From assembly GCA_964598805.1 (NCBI GenBank), contig CAZRDH010000071.1, positions 1 through 61,987 of the forward strand: DNA of 61,987 bases, read 5' to 3'. Positions 55,152-61,987 of the stretch are shown here, piece by piece. Below the pieces are notes generated by a model. It was not told the origin of the DNA. It made no database searches and worked only from the letters and a program-made list of their open reading frames with translations. This DNA comes from an uncultured Desulfurococcaceae archaeon. Its GTDB lineage: Archaea; Thermoproteota; Thermoprotei_A; Sulfolobales; Ignisphaeraceae. The translations under genes and the position numbers were made by a program. Every line of letters starts with the position of its first letter. Within the stretch, counting starts at the first letter, position 1.

Positions 55152-55287
55152 ATAGCCCTAGGAAAGTGTTTCAACCCTAAACGCTCGTATACTGCTATGA
55201 GAGTAAGTAACTAAACATCTGAACATTGCTACATAGCGAAGCGCCTATTCACTTCCGGAGGACTACCGCTCATGGAGGCTCGAAGCT

Positions 55288-55644
55288 ATGGATCAACTAG
55301 ACGTAGTTAAAACCCTGGGCTTCGCGCTAGCCTCCAAGCAACTTAGGGATGGTATTTACCGAGCCGAAGCCTGTACAAATAATGGGGGTTGCTTCAGGTT
55401 CTGGTTCAGGATTTCGAACTCTGAGCTAGCCACGATATACGTTAAGTACGTAAATGGCGATACCGCGATAGAGCTCGAGCCCTTTGAGATACGCTATGCG
55501 CTCCTACACCTGCTAGCGCTCGATATAGACAACGTCCATAGGCTGAACTTCGATATTCGGGACGTCGGTTGGTACGCCCCTACGAAAGAGGATCTCGTAT
55601 TCGCACTACGGTGCTTCAAAGAGATTTCGAGTGCCTCGACATAG
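55288..55644 (+). CDS. Hypothetical protein
   Basis: 118-aa ORF in a locally A/T-richer stretch. No motif. Confidence 0.3.
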   Translation: MDQLDVVKTLGFALASKQLRDGIYRAEACTNNGGCFRFWFRISNSELATIYVKYVNGDTAIELEPFEIRYALLHLLALDIDNVHRLNFDIRDVGWYAPTKEDLVFALRCFKEISSAST

Positions 55645-55698
55645 CATCACCACTCAATGCCGGCCCAGCATCATCATCCGTGCTCAGTGGGGCGGGAG

Positions 55699-55719
55699 CC
55701 GAAAACTCCGTGTTTTCGG
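55699..55719. terminator. Hairpin with T-tracts on both strands between convergent ORFs
   Basis: CCGAAAAC-TCCGT-GTTTTCGG forms a perfect 8-bp stem and gives a TTTT run on either strand. Confidence 0.35.
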
Positions 55720-55722
55720 GAC

Positions 55723-56037
55723 CTAATAACCTACGTAAGCTTCTTCCCAGCACTGCGTGGAGCTCTTAACGATATCCACGTGAACTCGCTTAATACTCGG
55801 AAAGACGTATCTTCCTTCTCGAACTAGGCTAGCGATGCTAACGTTCATTTCTATCATTGCGAGTAAGCAACTGGTATCCTCTATGCACGGGCAGAAGTAC
55901 TCCCTAACCAACATCGCTGTCTCGAAGAGCGTTGCAATAAAGCTCTCTAAACCCGTGTCTACGGCGATACACGCAACCTCTATTCCAAAGCTACACAGCT
56001 TTTTCAAAAACTCTTCGAGCTCGAGATGCTCTCCCAA
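55723..56037 (-). CDS. Hypothetical Cys-rich protein
   Basis: 104-aa ORF with no motif. Confidence 0.3.
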   Translation of the reverse strand: MGEHLELEEFLKKLCSFGIEVACIAVDTGLESFIATLFETAMLVREYFCPCIEDTSCLLAMIEMNVSIASLVREGRYVFPSIKRVHVDIVKSSTQCWEEAYVGY

Positions 56038-56189
56038 TAGGTTCTAGTCCCTCCATGTTCTTTCGCGGAATTGACTAATATTCGCACTACTTAATAGCTA
56101 TCAAGCTTCATCGTCATCGTCTACGCCTCGCATGGGGGGCAAAGGTATATATTCTATCGAATAGCGATTATGCTTGGGAAAGAGGTCTC

Positions 56190-57536
56190 TTGGAGAGAGT
56201 TCCTACAGGTATAAGGTATCTAGATGAAGTGCTTGGAGGAGGGTTTCCTAGGGGCGCATCGATTCTACTAGCCGGGAACCCGGGTGCGGGCAAAACTACG
56301 TTTGCAGCAACGTATCTATACAAGGGCGCTACGGAGTTTGGTGAAGCGGGTCTCTACGTTAGTTTCGTCGAGGATAAGAAGAGCTTCCTGGGGTACATGA
56401 AGGAGCTCGGAATGGACTTTGAAGCCCTCGAGAAGGACGGGTTGTTCACGTTCATGGGCATTCCGTACGTCGATATTTCTAGGAGCCTCGAAACCATCGT
56501 CTTTAGGATCCTACAGCTAGCTAGAGAGAAGAAGGTTAAGAGGGTCGTCATAGATAGCGTATCCGCTATAGCGCAAGCCCTTAAATCGCAGGAAAGGGTA
56601 CGGGCGTTCCTCCACAATACGTTCATATACGGTTTGAGGAAGGCTGGCGACGTTACAACGATACTCGTTGCAGACCTCCCCTACGGCGCTTCAACGATAG
56701 GGCTAGGCGTTGAAGAGTTCGTTGTCGACGGCGTGTTGGTGCTGAAGGTAGAGCGCATTAAGGGGCTCGTACTTAGGTACCTCGAGCTATGGAAGATGCG
56801 CGGAGTTGAAGTCGGTAGGTCGATAATACCCTTCACGATAAGCAAGGGAGGGTTCGTGCCGGTGCTATTCTCGAAGTGCTTTAAGTGTCATAGCGGGTTA
56901 ACGAGCCTAAAACCCTTGACCACGACTCTAAGGAGGATCTTCACGGCGGTTCCGACGGGGGCTACGATACTAATTACTGGGACCCCGGGCTCTGGAAAGA
57001 GCGTATTAGCATCCGAGCTCTCGGTGAATACCGCTATCCAAGGGCATAACGTGCTCTACATATCGATAGAGGAGCGCGAGGAAGCCGTTCGAGAGCGCAT
57101 GTACTACGTTGCTAAGAAGTGCTTCGGCAAGACCACTCCTGAGGTTGTAGAGAATATCCACGTTATATCGATAGACCCGTATCAGTACGAGATAACGGAC
57201 GTATGCTCGTCGATTATGAATTACGTGGCTAAGCTCGATCCACTACTCATAGTCCTTGACGGAGGTGACGCGCTCGAGCCGCTATCCGATAGCTCGGCCT
57301 TTCTATCCATAATACGTAGCTTCGTCGAGGCCATTAGGAACTTCGGTAGGATAGCCGTAGTCACTAAGACGAAGAGGCACCGGAACTTGGATAGGCCTAG
57401 GGGTTTCGATGGGCTAGCCGATATCCTCATCGCGACTTCGCATGATTGGCGAAATCCGGAGAGGCGAATCGTTAAAGTCTTAAAGACGCGAATAGGGTTC
57501 GTAAAGGAATTCCACGCGGTGATGGGGATTGGTTAG
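56190..57536 (+). CDS. Tandem-domain KaiC-like RecA-superfamily ATPase
   Basis: Domain 1 has GNPGAGKTTFA and VVIDSV. Domain 2 has GTPGSGKSVLA and LIVLDGG. TTG start, with GTATATATT about 40 nt upstream. Confidence 0.75.
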   Translation: MERVPTGIRYLDEVLGGGFPRGASILLAGNPGAGKTTFAATYLYKGATEFGEAGLYVSFVEDKKSFLGYMKELGMDFEALEKDGLFTFMGIPYVDISRSLETIVFRILQLAREKKVKRVVIDSVSAIAQALKSQERVRAFLHNTFIYGLRKAGDVTTILVADLPYGASTIGLGVEEFVVDGVLVLKVERIKGLVLRYLELWKMRGVEVGRSIIPFTISKGGFVPVLFSKCFKCHSGLTSLKPLTTTLRRIFTAVPTGATILITGTPGSGKSVLASELSVNTAIQGHNVLYISIEEREEAVRERMYYVAKKCFGKTTPEVVENIHVISIDPYQYEITDVCSSIMNYVAKLDPLLIVLDGGDALEPLSDSSAFLSIIRSFVEAIRNFGRIAVVTKTKRHRNLDRPRGFDGLADILIATSHDWRNPERRIVKVLKTRIGFVKEFHAVMGIG

Positions 57537-57879
57537 GGGGGTTACTAATCGGGGTAGGCTATGGCGAATAGTTATCGCTAGGTTGCGCAAGAAGGGCTTC
57601 TCCTTCGTAATCGAGCCCTTCGCCAGCTACGTAATCAACATCAAGAACCTCGACCCGGGCGAGTGCCTAGAGGGTTCACCATGCGCATTCTACAAGATCG
57701 CCATGGAGTACTTCGGGAGCGATCGAGAGGCGGTAAGGTTCTTCCTAGACTACATACTCTCGACCGTAGCCCCGGACAAGTTCTCGCTTAGAATGGAGAT
57801 CGTTCAGAGCATGGAGGAGTGCGACGATGAAAAAGCTAAGGATTTGATTAGGAGGCTCCTAGAGTCCATCATAACTTGA
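57529..57879 (+). CDS. Hypothetical small protein overlapping the KaiC-like gene
   Basis: 116-aa ORF with an 8-nt overlap. The start is uncertain (TTG). Confidence 0.3.
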   Translation: MVRGVTNRGRLWRIVIARLRKKGFSFVIEPFASYVINIKNLDPGECLEGSPCAFYKIAMEYFGSDREAVRFFLDYILSTVAPDKFSLRMEIVQSMEECDDEKAKDLIRRLLESIIT

Positions 57880-60133
57880 TTTCCGCTATTTCCTTCCACG
57901 TCGATGCGTTGAACACCTTTATTGAGTTCGGTGATACCGCGAACACGTTGTTTCCTATCCACACGCTCCTCACTGCATGAGGAGCTTCGAGGATCTTAAC
58001 CATTGTTAGAGAGTTCCCAGCGTAGCTAATTACCGCGATGCCTACCCCCTTCCACGTTATCGACACCGGCATCATGAACAGCTTTCTCTCGGTCCAGAAC
58101 GTTATTGCGTGGTAATCGTATAGCGCTAAGCTCCACCCCTTCTCGATAACAAGCTTCGATACCTCCTTAATGTTCCTAAGGTCCGATACGTTGAATAGCT
58201 CTATCTTGAGGTTGCCCTTCTCCACCCCTATGCCCAGCAGTATGTCCTTGGATATGGGGTGCAGGTACGTTAAGTACCCTGGTAGCTTAACGAAGCCTAC
58301 GATCCTAGGCTTAAGCGGATTGCTTAGGTCTATTGCGAATAGCGGGTCGACAGCTCTGTTGGTTACTAGGAATAGCGTTGTGCCTACGAGTCTAGCTCCG
58401 TAAACATACTGATTCCTTATTACGGTGGGTATAGATGCTGCGATCCTAAGCTTATCTATGTCTATTACGTACACGCCCACGCTGTTGAGCTCTATCCTTG
58501 GGTACACGAAGTACTTGCTTACGGGTGGCGCAACAGTCTTCGGGTAGCTAACGGTTAAGTAGCTAACGCTCGTCGTCATACTACCGTTAACCCACTTGCA
58601 TATCGTTATCGTTATCCTGCTAGGTCCCGTAGTCGCGGTGTACGTTGGCGGCTTGTACACGACGAACCTGATGCTGTACCTAACCGTCGCGAGTACTAGG
58701 TACTTACCGAGCTGATTTATAGCGAATTGCTTGGTTAAAGTTCCCGGCACATCTACGTAACCCTCAACTTCGACGCTAAGACCCTTTACCCTAAGCACGT
58801 ACACCCTCACGTACGCACCCTCCTTGCCGACAGCCGTCTCTAGGTACTTCACGAAGTCCCTAACCCTATCGTAGTCCTTAGAAACCCAGTTAAGCAACTC
58901 GTAGTACGCGCTCATCATCTTGCCTTGCTTAACCAACTCGCTTAGCTTCTTCCTTAGATCGGAGGGCACGATGCTTAGGTACTTCTGAATGAGCTCTGGT
59001 ATCACCCTCTTGATTCCGAACATGTTGGAGGCTACGTATAGATGGTCGTGGGTCATGTAGACGATGCTAGCCCTGTTTATTAGGTACGCGTAGGCCTTGC
59101 CCTTGAGGTTCGTAACGTTTAGCGCTAGTAGCACTAAGTACGTATCTCCGGGGGATAGTACTTGGATATTGCTAGGCTTAGCGATTGTGTTGCCCACTAT
59201 TGGTAGCGATACCTGGCCTCGCTCTAGGTATGCTGGGCTCTGAGTTAGTATGTAGAGAACGCCGTTCACCATTCTAGACGATAGGTAGTACCCCGAAATC
59301 GATACGTTCGCTAGTAGCTCTGGCTTGTAGAGGTTCGTCACATTGTATACTAGTACACGGGTAGCAACCGGCGCGACTACCGCGGGTAACAAGGTGGTAG
59401 ACCTCTCTATGTGTAGAATCCTTATCGGAGGGCCTCCGCATACGACGACTAACCTACCATTCCATACGTACAGCCCCCTAGCATAGCTACCAACCTTAAT
59501 CACTGAAGCTAGCCTAAGGTTCTTAGCGTCGACGATGTAGACGTACTTATCCTTGGAGTAGTACACGGCTCGCCCATCGGTCTTCACAATGTCGAGCTCG
59601 TCCACACCACTAACCTGTACATTCGTAGTCGAGTAAGGTACTGCGGGCTGCGCTACACTAGCCTTGTACACTAGGGGCGCTACGGTCGTTGCAGTAGCGT
59701 AGGTAGTCTCTACTGCCTTAGCTAGCAGAGCGTAAGCGTAGGAGTATGGCGAGGAGGGTACTAGCTGCGCCATCTCGATAACCTTCGTTAGGTTCTGTAG
59801 GGATTCAGCTCCGCGCGATGCAAACTCTATTTCTACGCTAGGACGCTGGGGCGCTACGTGCGTTGTCGTAGTGGTAGTGGCTAGACTGGCCGTGTGCGTG
59901 ATCAACTCGGTCGTGGTGCTGTACACAGTCTTAGTCATCTCCACGGTCTTCGTAACGGTCTTGGTGATGGTCTCGAAAGTCGTTACCGTGGGCGTCACGA
60001 ACTTAGTTACAGTCGTTGTTACGAGGGTAGGACTCGTTGTCGGAGCTCCTAAGTTTGTTAGTACGACGTAGCCTATGATCGATGCCGCGACGAACGTGAC
60101 TACGGCTATGGCCGCGAGGAACCTACGATCCAT
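57869..60133 (-). CDS. Secreted beta-propeller domain protein (PF09826-like) with a Thr-rich stalk
   Basis: N-terminal TM helix and a T/V-rich linker. NVQVSGVDELDIVKTDGRAVYY is the family-typical start of the propeller. Length is 754 aa. Confidence 0.6.
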   Translation of the reverse strand: MDRRFLAAIAVVTFVAASIIGYVVLTNLGAPTTSPTLVTTTVTKFVTPTVTTFETITKTVTKTVEMTKTVYSTTTELITHTASLATTTTTTHVAPQRPSVEIEFASRGAESLQNLTKVIEMAQLVPSSPYSYAYALLAKAVETTYATATTVAPLVYKASVAQPAVPYSTTNVQVSGVDELDIVKTDGRAVYYSKDKYVYIVDAKNLRLASVIKVGSYARGLYVWNGRLVVVCGGPPIRILHIERSTTLLPAVVAPVATRVLVYNVTNLYKPELLANVSISGYYLSSRMVNGVLYILTQSPAYLERGQVSLPIVGNTIAKPSNIQVLSPGDTYLVLLALNVTNLKGKAYAYLINRASIVYMTHDHLYVASNMFGIKRVIPELIQKYLSIVPSDLRKKLSELVKQGKMMSAYYELLNWVSKDYDRVRDFVKYLETAVGKEGAYVRVYVLRVKGLSVEVEGYVDVPGTLTKQFAINQLGKYLVLATVRYSIRFVVYKPPTYTATTGPSRITITICKWVNGSMTTSVSYLTVSYPKTVAPPVSKYFVYPRIELNSVGVYVIDIDKLRIAASIPTVIRNQYVYGARLVGTTLFLVTNRAVDPLFAIDLSNPLKPRIVGFVKLPGYLTYLHPISKDILLGIGVEKGNLKIELFNVSDLRNIKEVSKLVIEKGWSLALYDYHAITFWTERKLFMMPVSITWKGVGIAVISYAGNSLTMVKILEAPHAVRSVWIGNNVFAVSPNSIKVFNASTWKEIAEIKL

Positions 60134-60235
60134 TCCGCCTCACCCAGCCACTCCCTACCTAAGCAAGAAGGAATATAGGGAAAGTGTTGGTATGATCTCG
60201 CTAAGCCTCTTTGAACGCATCATAGAATTGATTTC

Positions 60236-60284
60236 TCAGTGCCGCCTAACTTCATCACCTTTCAGACGTCGGACTCCTCAGCAC
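60236..60284 (-). ncRNA. Box C/D sRNA candidate with a non-canonical 5' box
   Basis: GUGCUGA-GGAGUCCGACGU-CUGA-AAG-GUGAUGA-AGUUAGGCGGCA-CUGA, with the 49-nt 12/3/12 layout. An A/T box lies about 30 nt upstream. Confidence 0.55.
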
Positions 60285-60310
60285 ACCCGCTCCGGAAACC
60301 TTCTTACACC

Positions 60311-60319
60311 CTAAAAGAG
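60311..60319. promoter_or_regulatory. Possible bidirectional TATA box (Lrp gene and the sRNA at 60236-60284)
   Basis: CTAAAAGAG reads CTCTTTTAG on the other strand. It lies about 33 nt upstream of the TTG start at 60350 and about 30 nt upstream of the sRNA 5' box. Confidence 0.4.
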
Positions 60320-60349
60320 TACGTTACGCGGCTACCTAGGGGGAGAGCC

Positions 60350-60799
60350 TTGACTCAGAACCCTATACTGGATGACAAGGATTGGACCATACTCAAGCTG
60401 CTAGCGACGAACGCTAGGATGCCCTATACGGAAATCGCTAAGAAGGTCGGGCTTAGCGACGTAGCTGTGATTAAGAGAGTTCGAAAGCTCGAGAACGCTG
60501 GCGTGATAAGGGGGTATACGGTAGTCGTCGACCCGAGCAAGCTAGGTTTTCGAAGCGTATCGATAACGGGAGTTGATGTCGAGCCCGAGCATTTATTCGA
60601 TGTAGTTTCCAAGCTTCGGGAGCTCGATTGCGTTAAGTACCTAGCGATGACGAGCGGCGACCACTCGCTCATGGCGATCATATGGGCTAGGGACGGCGCC
60701 GACATGGCTAGGATCCACGAGGCTATAGCTAAGCTACCCGGCGTAAAGAGGGTTTGCCCAGCCGTCGTGCTAGAGGTGTTTAAGGACGAGAAAGTGTAG
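60350..60799 (+). CDS. Lrp/AsnC family transcriptional regulator
   Basis: LDDKDWTILKLLATNARMPYTEIAKKVGLSDVAVIKRVRKLENAGVIRGY (HTH) plus a RAM/ACT-like C-domain. The 149-aa length is typical. The track start at 60239 would run through the sRNA. Confidence 0.85.
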   Translation: MTQNPILDDKDWTILKLLATNARMPYTEIAKKVGLSDVAVIKRVRKLENAGVIRGYTVVVDPSKLGFRSVSITGVDVEPEHLFDVVSKLRELDCVKYLAMTSGDHSLMAIIWARDGADMARIHEAIAKLPGVKRVCPAVVLEVFKDEKV

Positions 60800-60846
60800 C
60801 CTAGCTTAAGACCCTTTCAACCGCTTTAGGTTGATCCTAGGGAGCT

Positions 60847-61987
60847 GTGAAGCTGTTAGGCTACGTGCTGAGCGGCTCGACAACGCGCACTGCATACGCT
60901 CAGCTTACTAAGGATGGTGAGGAGCGCGTACGCGAGGGTCAACTAGTGGGGATTAGGAGCGTTCGCGATGATTCAGCGCTTCTCCTAGCTAGGGTGGACA
61001 AGCTTCAGTACGAATCCAACGCATTTAGGGTAGGGGATGCATGGGCGCTTGCGCGTAGAGAAGGTGTTGATGTTAGGGAGGTAGCGGAGGTCTTAGGATC
61101 CTTCTGCATTGCCGAGCTAACGATCTTAGGTAGAGTTACGAGCCGAGGCCTAGCCGAGGTAACGACCCCTCCAAGGCCTGGCGACGAGGTAGTGGATTTA
61201 AGTGGTGTCGACGCTAAGACGCTATTCGGCGTCGATAGGGACTTCGGCATCGTATGGATAGAGAGCTTAGCTGGATACTCTTCGCTGCCCATACCCATAG
61301 ACGTAGAGGCTCTGACCATGCACTTAGGGGTTTTCGGGGAAACGGGTAGTGGTAAGAGCTATACCGTTGGTTATCTCCTCGAAAAGCTAAGCGAAATCCC
61401 GACGCCTAGAGGTCCCCGAGCGCTTCCGGCAATAGTAATTGATGCTAATGGCGATTACCTCGATCTTTACGAGGAGTACCTACGCAGGGGATCCCTAGGC
61501 GCGTACGCAAGCGTATTGAGAATGGTGTTCCCAACGTCTAGGTTCGTCAACGAGCCTATGGCTAGGCCCATCACCATGGACCTGGACGAGCTCGAGCCTC
61601 GAGAGCTAGCAACCCTAATAATATCGTATAGGTTCGGCACTCCGGAGTCGAGTGAACTTCAGTTACATGCATTAACGAGGATATTGGAGTTCGCGAGAAG
61701 CCGCGGGCTTAGCTTCAACACGCTATTCAATAATGACAACTACCTAGAATCGCTAATCGGCGAAGTATCTGAGGAGCTCGAGCTACATACGCAAACTATC
61801 AGAGCCGTGCGCTCAGCCATAGCTAAGTTCAAGCACGATGTTGTTACCAAGTACAAGCTCGTATCGCGAAGTCCAACGCTATCCAAAGAATTCATCGATT
61901 ACATCACCAAGAGACCTACGCTCACAATAATAGACTTTTCACCCGATGGAGCTCCGGGAGTGCCCCTAATAGTCAAGCAGCTAGTCA
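60847..61987 (+). CDS. herA: HerA-like (DUF87/FtsK-HerA superfamily) ATPase, N-terminal 380 aa (3' end outside window)
   Basis: Not in the ORF track because it runs off the end. A GTG start follows an in-frame TAG. It has a HAS-barrel-like N-terminus (GYVLSGSTTRTAYAQL...LLARVDKL), HLGVFGETGSGKSYTV (Walker A) and AIVIDANGDY, comparable to Sulfolobus HerA (HLAILAATGSGKSNTV...LIFDYHGEY). Confidence 0.7.
   Translation, partial: MKLLGYVLSGSTTRTAYAQLTKDGEERVREGQLVGIRSVRDDSALLLARVDKLQYESNAFRVGDAWALARREGVDVREVAEVLGSFCIAELTILGRVTSRGLAEVTTPPRPGDEVVDLSGVDAKTLFGVDRDFGIVWIESLAGYSSLPIPIDVEALTMHLGVFGETGSGKSYTVGYLLEKLSEIPTPRGPRALPAIVIDANGDYLDLYEEYLRRGSLGAYASVLRMVFPTSRFVNEPMARPITMDLDELEPRELATLIISYRFGTPESSELQLHALTRILEFARSRGLSFNTLFNNDNYLESLIGEVSEELELHTQTIRAVRSAIAKFKHDVVTKYKLVSRSPTLSKEFIDYITKRPTLTIIDFSPDGAPGVPLIVKQLV

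Noticed and set aside
55644-55690. GCATCAC ... TCATCAT ... TCAG motifs after the 118-aa ORF that look box-like.
   Set aside because: The order and spacing do not fit either strand. The D position would read CUCG and D' would read UUGA.
56105-56120. CTTCATCGTCATCG (reverse complement CGATGACGATGAAG), resembling tandem C-box variants.
   Set aside because: No CUGA at guide distance on either strand.
60239-60349. Extension of the Lrp/AsnC ORF to ATG 60239.
   Set aside because: It would add 37 non-family residues, run through the sRNA candidate and include the TATA-like box. TTG 60350 gives the canonical length of about 150 aa.
1-61987. Search for CRISPR arrays, IS elements, integrases, prophage genes and rRNA.
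   Set aside because: I saw no regularly spaced direct repeats, no transposase/integrase-like ORFs and no rRNA-like sequence. The only large non-coding gaps are filled by C/D sRNA candidates and promoters.

Overview
This 62 kb window looks like core chromosome of a hyperthermophilic crenarchaeon, roughly 53% GC by eye. The taxonomic markers are a cdvA-cdvB-cdvC (ESCRT-III/Vps4) division operon, ribosomal protein L38e, CDP-archaeol synthase, aCPSF2, NAC and a bifunctional PGI/PMI, which suggests a Desulfurococcales-like lineage. Coding density is high, operons are tightly overlapped, and many starts are GTG or TTG.

Recognisable content:
- TldD/PmbA, AlaX, an M20 peptidase and an IMPase-family protein.
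- A methylmalonyl-CoA mutase/epimerase/MeaB cluster.
- PAC2 and a DUF47 protein paired with a PiT-like transporter.
- Two NOL1/NOP2/Sun m5C RNA methyltransferases and an HD phosphohydrolase.
- An NPPY methyltransferase and a radical SAM protein.
- A six-gene MoxR ... DUF58 operon.
- Glycosyltransferases (GT4 and a GT2-GtrA fusion) and a GNAT.
- A TfrAB-type fumarate reductase preceded by a GcvH-like gene.
- A thioredoxin-CcdA fusion and two KaiC/RecA-like ATPases.
- A large secreted beta-propeller protein.
- An Lrp/AsnC regulator followed by a HerA-like ATPase that runs off the window end.

One tRNA (anticodon CAU) is present. I saw no rRNA, CRISPR array, transposase or integrase.

The strongest signal outside the ORF track is about 15 box C/D sRNA candidates in the short intergenic gaps. 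They include a triple tandem cluster, a tRNA-sRNA-sRNA string, and several whose C box contains the stop codon of the upstream gene.

The most interesting protein-level hypothesis is a lipoyl-carrier (GcvH-like) gene translationally coupled to a soluble thiol:fumarate-reductase-like TfrAB pair. All functional calls come from motif reading by eye; no database search was possible.
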